DNA of 64,000 bases, from assembly GCA_017619815.1 (NCBI GenBank), contig JAFZRR010000062.1, forward strand, positions 18,963 to 82,962. Reading direction: 5' to 3'. This document shows, piece after piece, positions 35,993 to 44,625 of this stretch (position 1 is its first letter; each line of letters begins with the position of its first letter). The notes beneath the pieces are model-generated. The model ran no database searches. It saw nothing but the letters and a program-made list of their open reading frames with translations, and had not been told where the DNA came from. The translations under genes were made by a program, and so were the position numbers. This DNA is from Bacilli bacterium. GTDB lineage: Bacteria; Bacillota_I; Bacilli_A; RFN20; CAG-826.

Positions 35993-36367
35993 ATGGAATG
36001 TGTATTTTGCAATATTATCAAAGATAAAAAAGAGATTATCGCTGAAAATGATTTAGCAGTGGCTTTTTATGATTCTTTTCCAGTTAGTAAAGGTCATACA
36101 TTAATCATTCCTAAAAGACATGTCGAAACATATTTCGATTTAAATGAAGAAGAGATGAAAGCGATATTTAATTTATCGCAAGAAGTGAAAAAGATATTAA
36201 CCAACTTATATCAACCAGATGGATATAACGTTGGATTCAATGTTGGTGTTGATGGTGGGCAATCCGTCATGCACTGCCACATGCACGTTATACCTAGATA
36301 CCACGGCGATGCGTTAAACCCACGTGGTGGTATAAGGAAAGTCGTTAAGAACGAGAAAAAATATTAG
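35993..36367 (+). CDS. HIT-family hydrolase
   Basis: The start was moved to ATG 35993, because the track ORF overlaps the upstream gene in another frame. The histidine-triad motif 'HCHMHVIP' is present. A terminator follows at 36368..36392. Confidence 0.75.
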   Translation: MECVFCNIIKDKKEIIAENDLAVAFYDSFPVSKGHTLIIPKRHVETYFDLNEEEMKAIFNLSQEVKKILTNLYQPDGYNVGFNVGVDGGQSVMHCHMHVIPRYHGDALNPRGGIRKVVKNEKKY

Positions 36368-36431
36368 ACCACAATAATGTGGTTTTTTATTTGATTCACA
36401 TTTTTTGTATAATACATGTGAGGAACTTTTA

Positions 36432-36647
36432 ATGGTTATTTCAATAAAATTGACAAAAGAAGAACAACAAGAAGCGGAATCATATGCAAAACGCAATGGT
36501 CTTTCTTTAAACGATGCCATTAAAAGAGTATTTTTTGAAAAGATCGAAGATGAATATGATGCCGCAATTGCGGATGTCGCAATGGAAAAATATGAAAAGA
36601 ATCCAAAAACGTATTCTTTGGACGAACTTATAAAATCATTAAATTAA
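36432..36647 (+). CDS. small ribbon-helix-helix / RelB-DinJ-like antitoxin-domain protein (orphan)
   Basis: The start was moved to ATG 36432, with GAGGA 7 nt upstream. The track start at 36405 sits in a TGnTATAAT promoter. 'IKLTKEEQQEAESYAKRNGLSLNDAIKRVFF...YDAAIADVAMEKYEKNPKTYSLDEL' is typical of RHH antitoxins. No toxin gene is adjacent. Confidence 0.4.
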   Translation: MVISIKLTKEEQQEAESYAKRNGLSLNDAIKRVFFEKIEDEYDAAIADVAMEKYEKNPKTYSLDELIKSLN

Positions 36648-36764
36648 AATCTCAAATTATGTATAGAATATAGAAATCATCATTTGATGATTTTTATTTT
36701 ACTCTCCTTAATTAAATAAACTTGTTTATCTTTGTTAAACATGTTTAATTATTAAAACGAGATT

Positions 36765-37547
36765 ATGAAGAACAAAAACATCCTCTACATTTCAATAGCC
36801 TTAGCGATATATGTCTTATTCATTACATTCCCGACATATCTTTTCATTAAGGATGATCCAGAGCTCTGCTATATCATCGAAATCATTTTAAGAAGTGTTT
36901 ATCTCGTCTTCATTGTTTTATTCTCTATATTTACTAAATTAGCTAAGTCTTATACTGGTAAAACTAAATGGATGAATATGTTATTCTTACTCCCACTTTT
37001 CTTTGTGGCGTTTTTTAACATCTTCTATTACCGCGTTGTCGCTGGTTCTTCTGTTGAATCCTTGTGGAACAATCTCACCAAAGTATTCTATAGCGATGGT
37101 GTGAATACATATGAAATCTTAAGATTTACTTCAGTGGTCATCACTGTTGTCGAAGAAGAAATCTTATTTAGATTCTTATTACAAAAGAACCTCAATTTAG
37201 GTCATAAGTTTGTCCGTATCGCCATTACCGCTGCAGTATATGCCACATGCCACTTCTTTATGATGCTATATGACGGATATGGATTTATTGAACCATTACA
37301 ATTATTAGAAATCTTATTTGTCTTCGGCATCGGTATGATTCTCGGTGTTCTTTATGAATACACAAATAGCATTGCCTATTCCATGACATTTAATATGTTA
37401 TTCTCCTTAGGAGTTAGCATTTATCCAATCGCGATTACTAACACTGTAGGATATAAGATTTATTTAACATCCGCATTATTTATATTAGGTGCGGCAGCAT
37501 ATATCTGTTTATTTTATTTTGTCATTCTTAAGAAAGAACAAAGATAA
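36765..37547 (+). CDS. CPBP-family (CAAX/Abi) intramembrane metalloprotease
   Basis: Motif 1 is 'VEEEILFRFLLQ' (EExxxR) and motif 2 is 'ATCHFFMM' (FxxxH). The protein is polytopic. Confidence 0.7.
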   Translation: MKNKNILYISIALAIYVLFITFPTYLFIKDDPELCYIIEIILRSVYLVFIVLFSIFTKLAKSYTGKTKWMNMLFLLPLFFVAFFNIFYYRVVAGSSVESLWNNLTKVFYSDGVNTYEILRFTSVVITVVEEEILFRFLLQKNLNLGHKFVRIAITAAVYATCHFFMMLYDGYGFIEPLQLLEILFVFGIGMILGVLYEYTNSIAYSMTFNMLFSLGVSIYPIAITNTVGYKIYLTSALFILGAAAYICLFYFVILKKEQR

Positions 37548-37548
37548 C

Positions 37549-38199
37549 ATGAAAAAGCCCATATTATTACTCTTACCATTAATCCTTGCCTTAGGAGCTT
37601 GTAACAACAAAAATAACAAACCAAGTTGGGGCGAAACATCCACAAAAACAATTGTTTTTAAAGGTGATAAGAATAGAAGTGGGCTTGGTAGTGGTTCTCA
37701 ATTAGGAACAGAAGCATTCGATAATGCATTAACCAGTTTAATTAATGAACAAGCAGATAATTCTTTAACTAAATTAGGTGGAAAGAAATGTGGCACCCAA
37801 TTAGTGGGTGGTGACAGTGGTACTGATACATCCCTTACAATAGGTACAGGTAGTTATGATGGGTTGATATATCTCACTTTTAATCTTGATATTGTAAAGA
37901 TTGATGTCACACTTCAAAACTATTACAAACCACATCATGATTATCAAACCAATCAAGATGTCAGTGGTATTGACGCAAACGCAGAAGCCACAATCTGTTC
38001 ATATGATCCCTCAGGCGATGGAACAGTGATTGAACAGAAAGAAATTGATTTATCAACTGAAGATGTTGTCAATGTTCCCGCGGAAAGAGAAGAAACATTA
38101 GAACTAAAAGAAAAGACAAACACAATTGCCTTCTATAATAGTGCGGAAAAGCATAGAACATATATTCATTCATTAACCGTTACATATTTAGTTAAATAA
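37549..38199 (+). CDS. lipoprotein, function unknown
   Basis: The start was moved to ATG 37549, 'MKKPILLLLPLILALGACNN', which carries the lipobox. A terminator follows at 38216..38243. Confidence 0.6.
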   Translation: MKKPILLLLPLILALGACNNKNNKPSWGETSTKTIVFKGDKNRSGLGSGSQLGTEAFDNALTSLINEQADNSLTKLGGKKCGTQLVGGDSGTDTSLTIGTGSYDGLIYLTFNLDIVKIDVTLQNYYKPHHDYQTNQDVSGIDANAEATICSYDPSGDGTVIEQKEIDLSTEDVVNVPAEREETLELKEKTNTIAFYNSAEKHRTYIHSLTVTYLVK

Positions 38200-38382
38200 A
38201 AAATGAAACCAAATCATCCCGTTTTAAACGGGATTTTTTCTTGCTGAAAAGTTTTTTGTAAAAGATTTATGAAATGACCACTATTAGTTTAATAGGAGGG
38301 CAAATTGCCCCTGGAGGGAAGAAGCATGAAAATGTTTCGGAAATTCAGGCCCTCGATCCTCCAGGAAGGAGGAGACCCCTTG

Positions 38383-38448
38383 ATGGAGTCTGTTCTGATA
38401 CTCCTGATACTTGCGGTGCTTATTTATCTTTTACGAGGTAAGAGGTAA
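38383..38448 (+). CDS. 21-aa hydrophobic peptide ORF 'MESVLILLILAVLIYLLRGKR' (type-I-toxin-like); a possible longer 40-aa form starts at ATG 38326
   Basis: A perfect SD, GGAAGGAGGAG, ends 9 nt before ATG 38383. It encodes a single TM helix plus a basic C-terminus. The in-frame upstream ATG 38326 also has a GGAGGG SD. It is convergent with sRNA-like copy B, whose terminator abuts the stop codon. Confidence 0.35.
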   Translation: MESVLILLILAVLIYLLRGKR

Positions 38449-38586
38449 ATAAAAAGGGAGAGACTAACGGTTGTGCTAGGTTAGTCCTCTCTCTAACGAC
38501 AAGTAAATACTAGCACATCAGGGTGGCTTTTTCAAGGTTCGAGGGTTCCTGAGGGTGGGGATAGGTTCGCCTATTTCCCATTCTCA
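38448..38586 (-). ncRNA. structured sRNA-like repeat element, copy B
   Basis: On the - strand: GAGAAUGGGAAAUAGG-CGAA-CCUAUCCCC hairpin, then ACCCUCAGGAACCC, then the GAGAGAGGACUAACC-loop-GUUAGUCUCUCCC hairpin plus UUUUUAUUU. It is homologous to copy A at 1371..1510. Confidence 0.4.
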
Positions 38587-38685
38587 TATTGGTGGCAATC
38601 AATAAAAAAAATAGATAGATAAGTTGAGCACTTAAAAATCTACCTATGTGTAACGATTGTTACGTAATTATTATAAATAATATTT

Positions 38686-38716
38686 TTTCAAAAGAAAAGG
38701 GAGGTTGCCCTCCCTA
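38686..38716 (-). terminator. rho-independent terminator of the marR-ABC operon
   Basis: On the - strand, GGGAGGGCAACCUCCC is followed by UUUUCUUUUG, directly after the stop of 38720..40696. Confidence 0.7.
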
Positions 38717-38719
38717 GTT

Positions 38720-40696
38720 TTATTCGAGTTCGAATGCTCCGGTGTATAACTGATAGTAAACACCTTTTTGAGCAATCAAATCTGTGTGGCTACCACGTTC
38801 TATAATACGTCCATGATCTAACACCATAATCGCATCACTGTTTTGAACTGTGGATAATCTATGAGCAATCACAAATACCGTTCTACCTTCCATCAGTTTA
38901 TCCATGCCTTCTTGGACAAGTTTTTCGGTTCTGGTATCGATTGATGATGTCGCTTCATCGAGAATCATAACTGGTGCATCAGCGACCGCCGCTCTAGCGA
39001 TAGAGAGCAATTGTCTTTGACCTTGTGATAAGTTACTACCATCACCGTTGAGCATGGTGTTAAATCCTTCTGGTAGTCTGGTAATGAAGTCATAAGCATT
39101 AGCAATCTTTGCGGCTTCATAAACTTCTTCATCAGTCGCATCTAATCTACCATAACGGATATTATCCATAACTGTTCCGGTGAACAAGTTAGTATCTTGC
39201 AAAACAATGCCTAATGAACGACGTAAGTCATCTTTTTTAATTTTATTAATATTTATGCCATCGTATCTGATTTTGCCATCTGCAATGTCATAAAAACGGT
39301 TTAAAAGGTTAGTAATTGTGGTCTTACCCGCACCAGTGGCACCGACAAAGGCAATTTTTTGACCTGGATGGGCATAAATAGAGACATCGTGTAAGACCGG
39401 CTTATCTGGTGTATAAGCGAAATCAACATCCGTTAAAACGATATCACCTTTGAGTTCGGTATATGTCGTTGTGCCATCGGCTTTGTGGTAGTGTTTCCAA
39501 GCAAAGTCTCTAGTCTTTTCTGTGGTTTCTTCAAATGAACCATCTTCATGTTTCTTGATATGGACTAATTCAACATAGCCTTCATCCGCTTCTTTTTGTT
39601 CATCTAATAAATCGAAGCATCTTGAAGCACCCGCCATACCCATGACGATGAATGTCACTTGTTGTGAGAAGTTATTCACGTTATTGGAGAACATTCTGGA
39701 TAGCATTAAGAATGACACAATAACATTGAAGAATTCTGTTGGATCGGCAACATCTTGGATAAATGGTCGTGATAGGGCGACGTTTTTGAATCCTGGAATA
39801 ACAGCGATAAGAACACCCATAATCGCGGTTAAGACATACATGAAGTTACCAATGTTACCATTGATAGGCATCATTGTATTACCAGCGATATTCGCTGTAG
39901 TGCTATGTCTTCTGAGTTCTTCATTGAGTTTATCAAAGTCTTCCGCAGATTTTTCTTCGTGGCAGAATACTTTAACAACTTTAAGACCTTGGATAGTTTC
40001 TTCAATATCACCTTCGACCTTCGCCATTTGAATTTGTTGTTTGACGAAATATTTCGCAGAACGACCACCGATAAAGATGGTGTTGAGTAACATGAGCATC
40101 GCGCAGAAGACGACCACAAGAGTCATCCATAAGCTGTTCATTAACATAACAACGAAACTGAAGACCACCGCTAAACCAGCGCTTAAGAAGCTTGGCAAAG
40201 CTTGTGAAATGAATTGTCTAATGGTGTCGATGTCGTTTGTATATACGGACATGATTGCACCGTGAGCGTGTGTATCAAAATATTTGATTGGTAAATCTTG
40301 CATATGATTGAACATCGCTTTTCTAAAGATGTTCATAAATCTTTGTGTGACAATCGCCATTGTTCTATTCCAGAACCATGAAGCAAAGACACCTAAACTA
40401 TAAATACCGATTAAGATACCCACTAAAACGGTGACGTTTGTGTTTAAAGTAATACCCATAGCTTCAGTTGGGTGAGCACCCACTAATGGGTTAGTTCCAT
40501 CTTTAATACATACTGTAAGAACTTTAGTAACAAAGTTCATAAAGATAGAGGATGAAAGGTTTGCGAATATGTTAAAGATGATACATAACGCAGAGACGAT
40601 TAATTGGCCAGGATATCTCTTGAAGAGTTCTTTTAATAATCTCTTCATTGTACCTTTCTTGGCTCTTGCTCTTTCTTTAATTCTAATTGGAGGCAT
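38720..40696 (-). CDS. ABC transporter ATP-binding/permease protein (exporter half, heterodimer partner)
   Basis: There are six N-terminal TM helices. Walker A is 'GATGAGKTT', the signature is 'LSQGQRQLLSIARA' and Walker B is 'ILDEATS'. The start overlaps the upstream stop as ATGA. Confidence 0.8.
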   Translation of the reverse strand: MPPIRIKERARAKKGTMKRLLKELFKRYPGQLIVSALCIIFNIFANLSSSIFMNFVTKVLTVCIKDGTNPLVGAHPTEAMGITLNTNVTVLVGILIGIYSLGVFASWFWNRTMAIVTQRFMNIFRKAMFNHMQDLPIKYFDTHAHGAIMSVYTNDIDTIRQFISQALPSFLSAGLAVVFSFVVMLMNSLWMTLVVVFCAMLMLLNTIFIGGRSAKYFVKQQIQMAKVEGDIEETIQGLKVVKVFCHEEKSAEDFDKLNEELRRHSTTANIAGNTMMPINGNIGNFMYVLTAIMGVLIAVIPGFKNVALSRPFIQDVADPTEFFNVIVSFLMLSRMFSNNVNNFSQQVTFIVMGMAGASRCFDLLDEQKEADEGYVELVHIKKHEDGSFEETTEKTRDFAWKHYHKADGTTTYTELKGDIVLTDVDFAYTPDKPVLHDVSIYAHPGQKIAFVGATGAGKTTITNLLNRFYDIADGKIRYDGININKIKKDDLRRSLGIVLQDTNLFTGTVMDNIRYGRLDATDEEVYEAAKIANAYDFITRLPEGFNTMLNGDGSNLSQGQRQLLSIARAAVADAPVMILDEATSSIDTRTEKLVQEGMDKLMEGRTVFVIAHRLSTVQNSDAIMVLDHGRIIERGSHTDLIAQKGVYYQLYTGAFELE

Positions 40697-42504
40697 TATC
40701 TATCACCTCCTTGGTTATTTTGAGTGTAGTAGATTTCTTGGTAAATATGGTTATTCTTGAGTAACTCATTATGTGTACCAATCGCGTTAATCTTGCCGTC
40801 TTCCATAATGATGATTTGATCAGCATCTTCAATAGAAGAAATACGTTGGGCAATCACGATCTTTGTGGTTTGTGGTAAGTCTTCTCTTAAACCACGTCTA
40901 ATCAATCTATCAGTCTTTGTGTCGACTGCGGAAGTGGAGTCATCCAAGATAAGAATCTTTGGTTTCTTTAATAACGCACGAGCGATACAAAGTCTTTGTT
41001 TTTGACCACCGGAAACGTTACTACCACCTTGTTCAATTCTCGTTTCATATTTTTGAGGGAAGGATTCAATGAATTCTTCCGCTTGAGAAATCTTACAAGC
41101 TTGTTCGAGTTCTTCTTGTGTGGCGTTTAAATCGCCCCATCTTAAGTTGTCCGCGATTGTGCCACTGAAAAGGAAATTCTTTTGTAAGACAACAGCGACG
41201 TTATTTCTTAAGACTTCTAAGTCATATTCTTTGACATCGTGTCCACCGACTTTAAGAGAACCTTCTTGGATGTCATATAATCTAGAGATTAAGTTCACTA
41301 ATGATGTCTTTCCGGAACCTGTACTTCCGAGGATACCGATGAATTGACCGGATTTAATATTGATATTGATATTTTCTAAGGCATTCTTTTCCGCAGTTTC
41401 AGAGTATTTGAAGTTCACATTATCGAAGATAACTTCACCATTAGGAACTTCCATAATTGGATTTTCTGGGTTCTTAATTGTGGGTTCTTCTTCAAGAACT
41501 TCACCAATTCTTCTCACACCTTCAATGGACATGACTAACATGACCATGATCATGGAGACAAACATTAAGGACATTAAGATTTGAATACCATATGTAAGTA
41601 ATGCGGACATTTGTCCGATTGTTAATGTTTCTGTGCCATTTTGAATATCGCGTCCGATGAAGTATGCACCTAAACCAATAATTAAAACGTTAGATAAGTG
41701 AATACCTGTGTTCATAACAGGGTTATTCAAAGCGACAATCTTTTCCGCTTTCACGAATTCGCCAGTCATACCGTCAGAGGCTCTATTGAATTTTTCTTTT
41801 TCATAATCTTCTCTAACATATGATTTCACAACACGCATACCGGTGATGTTTTCTTGGACGGATTCATTGAGCTTATCGTATCTCTTAAATAATCTTCTAA
41901 AGATTTTCATCGCTACGCGAATGATTAAGAATAAGCAAAGACCAATAACTGGAATTAAGCAAACGAAGATCCACGCCATTTGACCACCAGTCATAAAGGC
42001 CATGACTGCGGAGAATATCATCATAAGTGGTGCGCGGACAACCGCTCTAATGACCATTTGGAAAGCCATTTGCACTGTCGATATATCTGTTGTCATTCTA
42101 GTCACTAAACTAGATGCGGAGAATTTATCGATATTAGCAAAGCTAAATGTTTCAAGTTTCTTATACATATCGCTTCTGAGGTTTGCGGCTAAACCAACGG
42201 ATGCTCGAGAAGCAAATACGCCACCTAAGATACCAAACATCAAGGAGAGCAACGCCATGACCACTAAAGTGATGAGGATATAGAATAATGAGATTTCTAA
42301 TTGAATAGGACCATTTTCATATGGGAATGGTGTCATGATATCTTCGAGTTTGGTGATATTTCTCATCGTATCCACGAACATGGACATGACAAATGGAAGA
42401 GCGCATTCTAATGCGGCTTCGCCAATCATGAAGAAAGGAGTCACAATCGCGTCTTTTTTATATTGTCTAAGTGATTTAAGAATTAATTTGATTTTCTTCC
42501 ACAT
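40696..42504 (-). CDS. ABC transporter ATP-binding/permease protein (exporter half)
   Basis: Walker A is 'GSTGSGKTS', the signature is 'VSGGQKQRLCIARA' and Walker B is 'ILDDSTS'. There is an ATGA overlap with marR. Confidence 0.8.
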   Translation of the reverse strand: MWKKIKLILKSLRQYKKDAIVTPFFMIGEAALECALPFVMSMFVDTMRNITKLEDIMTPFPYENGPIQLEISLFYILITLVVMALLSLMFGILGGVFASRASVGLAANLRSDMYKKLETFSFANIDKFSASSLVTRMTTDISTVQMAFQMVIRAVVRAPLMMIFSAVMAFMTGGQMAWIFVCLIPVIGLCLFLIIRVAMKIFRRLFKRYDKLNESVQENITGMRVVKSYVREDYEKEKFNRASDGMTGEFVKAEKIVALNNPVMNTGIHLSNVLIIGLGAYFIGRDIQNGTETLTIGQMSALLTYGIQILMSLMFVSMIMVMLVMSIEGVRRIGEVLEEEPTIKNPENPIMEVPNGEVIFDNVNFKYSETAEKNALENININIKSGQFIGILGSTGSGKTSLVNLISRLYDIQEGSLKVGGHDVKEYDLEVLRNNVAVVLQKNFLFSGTIADNLRWGDLNATQEELEQACKISQAEEFIESFPQKYETRIEQGGSNVSGGQKQRLCIARALLKKPKILILDDSTSAVDTKTDRLIRRGLREDLPQTTKIVIAQRISSIEDADQIIIMEDGKINAIGTHNELLKNNHIYQEIYYTQNNQGGDR

Positions 42505-42947
42505 TATTCGTTACCTCCTTCCATGTTTTCGATTAATTTATTTAGTTCTTCTTTAAGAATGGTTTGTTGTTCTTTAGTTAGACCATCCATTAATTTATTA
42601 TCAACATCTGTTTTCTTATCAATTAATTGATGAATAATACATTCACCTTTTTCACTCGGTCTAAGTACTGCGTAAGGGTGTTGCTTTTCTATAGAAATAA
42701 CACCTTTTTTCTCCATCCTTTTGACTAGTCCACTGACCGTGGATTTAGATAAGTGGAATTCTTGTTCAATATCGTTTTGATGAACTTCTAATTTACATAT
42801 GTTCGTACGCTTCGCGATAAAGAAAAGAATTCGACCCTGTTGCCCTGTTAAATCAAATTCTGATAAACGAGCATCTAAGTCTTTATCGAGTAATTTCCCT
42901 AAGTATTTAATAAGGAAGATAATATCGTCTCTACGGCTTTGATTCAT
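42504..42947 (-). CDS. MarR-family transcriptional regulator
   Basis: The wHTH is 'LTGQQGRILFFIAKRTNICKLEVHQNDIEQEFHLSKSTVSGLVKRMEKKGVI'. Confidence 0.75.
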   Translation of the reverse strand: MNQSRRDDIIFLIKYLGKLLDKDLDARLSEFDLTGQQGRILFFIAKRTNICKLEVHQNDIEQEFHLSKSTVSGLVKRMEKKGVISIEKQHPYAVLRPSEKGECIIHQLIDKKTDVDNKLMDGLTKEQQTILKEELNKLIENMEGGNE

Positions 42948-42972
42948 AAAAATCTCCGGAATTATATAGTAC

Positions 42973-42988
42973 AGTTCGCATACGAACT
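42973..42988 (-). promoter_or_regulatory. candidate MarR operator (inverted repeat within the marR promoter)
   Basis: AGTTCG-CATA-CGAACT is a perfect palindrome lying between the -35 TTGACA (plus 42987-42992 on the - strand) and the -10 region. Confidence 0.4.
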
Positions 42989-43115
42989 TGTCAATAAAAC
43001 AATTAAATGTTTTGCTGTTTAACTACATATTTTTTACTGAGTTTATCTTTCAATACTTGAAAATTCCCAATAAATACTTAAAATAGAAAATCTCACTATA
43101 TTGGAGGTGGGGATT

Positions 43116-44447
43116 ATGAAAAAAGGAATCATCGCAGTCGGATTAACAACGTTGGCGTTACTCCTCAGTGGCTGCAACATCAAATTCGGTTCTAAAAAAG
43201 CCAAGGCCACGATTATGGTCTATATGTGTGGTAGTGACCTCGAAAGTGGTTACGATGGTTATCACACAAACGTACAATACGCCGGCATGGGTAGTGCGGA
43301 TATTTTAGAAATGTGCCAAGCTGACAACAAACCAAAAGATGTGAATGTTATCATTCAAACTGGTGGTTCTAAAGCCTGGAAAAATAGCAAAATCTCTGCA
43401 AAGAAATCCCAAAGATGGTATATCAAAGATGGCGCTTTACAAGCGGATTCCGAACTCACTCTTTCCAATATGGGTAAAGCCAGTACTTTCCAAGAATTCT
43501 TGGAATGGGGTTTAAAGAAATATCCTGCAGAGAAGACTGGTGTCATTATGTGGAACCATGGTGGTGCAATGCAAGGCGTTTGTTCTGATGAAAATTTCAG
43601 TGGCGATACATTACTCGCAGATGAAGTGACAACCGCACTTGAAGGAGCTTTTAAAAACACAAAAAGAAAAGAAAAATTAGAATGGATTGGCTATGATGCC
43701 TGCCTTATGGCAGTTCAAGACATTGCTGAAAAGAATAGTGACTATTTTAACTATATGGTTTCCGCTCAAGAATCCGAAGCGGGTTCCGGTTGGAAATATA
43801 ATGCTTGGTTAAGAAATCTTTACGAAGGTAAATCCACAGAAGAAGTCCTATCTTCCATCTGCGATTCATTTGTTGCATCAGTGGGTAGTATATCTTCTAA
43901 ATCTAACGATCAAACCTTATCAGTTTTGAATCTTAATAAGATGGCAAAATACAAAGAAGAGTTTGAGTCTTTAGCGGAACGTATTTTAGAAGTTGTTCCT
44001 AGTTCACAAAAGAAAACATTCCAAAATACCGGAAAACAAGCTAAAACATACGGCACAGATGTCTATACATTATCTGATCTTCAAGAAGCAGGTTTAAGCA
44101 CAAATCCATCCAGTTCTTACTATTATGAGAATTACGGATTTGAAAAAGAAGGTAATTTATATTACCTCTATGGCTATAGCACCTTTGGTGTTCTTGACCT
44201 TGTTGACTTCTTAAATAATATCGAAAATCAATATTCATCTTTATCTAGTGATATTGCTAAAGTCAAAGCCGCTTACAACGATATGCTCGTGCATAACACA
44301 GTGGGTAAAGGCGCAGGAAATAGCAATGGCTTATGCTTATTCTTCCCAATGAATCAAATGTGTCATTCCAGTACCTATTACTCCGCAAAACAAACAAGAT
44401 TCACCAACTGGAGAAACGTGACTTTGGCGTTGGGTGAAAATAAATAA
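43116..44447 (+). CDS. clostripain-like (peptidase C11, clan CD) lipoprotein
   Basis: The start was moved to ATG 43116, which has RBS GGAGGTGG. The lipobox is 'LLLSGCN'. The His motif is 'IMWNHGGAMQG' and the Cys motif is 'IGYDACLMAVQD'. A terminator follows at 44476..44508. Confidence 0.7.
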   Translation: MKKGIIAVGLTTLALLLSGCNIKFGSKKAKATIMVYMCGSDLESGYDGYHTNVQYAGMGSADILEMCQADNKPKDVNVIIQTGGSKAWKNSKISAKKSQRWYIKDGALQADSELTLSNMGKASTFQEFLEWGLKKYPAEKTGVIMWNHGGAMQGVCSDENFSGDTLLADEVTTALEGAFKNTKRKEKLEWIGYDACLMAVQDIAEKNSDYFNYMVSAQESEAGSGWKYNAWLRNLYEGKSTEEVLSSICDSFVASVGSISSKSNDQTLSVLNLNKMAKYKEEFESLAERILEVVPSSQKKTFQNTGKQAKTYGTDVYTLSDLQEAGLSTNPSSSYYYENYGFEKEGNLYYLYGYSTFGVLDLVDFLNNIENQYSSLSSDIAKVKAAYNDMLVHNTVGKGAGNSNGLCLFFPMNQMCHSSTYYSAKQTRFTNWRNVTLALGENK

Positions 44448-44625
44448 TATTTATAAAAAAGTTAGTTTATTAATGAAGACTGCACTTCTGGTGCGGTCTT
44501 TCTTATTTAAGAACATTATTTATTTTGTATAGATAAATCTACATACATAATATTTTCACTTTCATTACACATAGACTTACGCATATAATGTGCTTTCACG
44601 TGTGTGAAGAATTAAGGTAAAAAAC

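Noticed and set aside
42002-42556. Several 70-100-aa ORFs on the opposite strand within the ABC transporter genes
   Set aside because: They are embedded antisense to well-supported ABC genes and have no RBS. They are typical spurious ORFs in AT-rich coding DNA.
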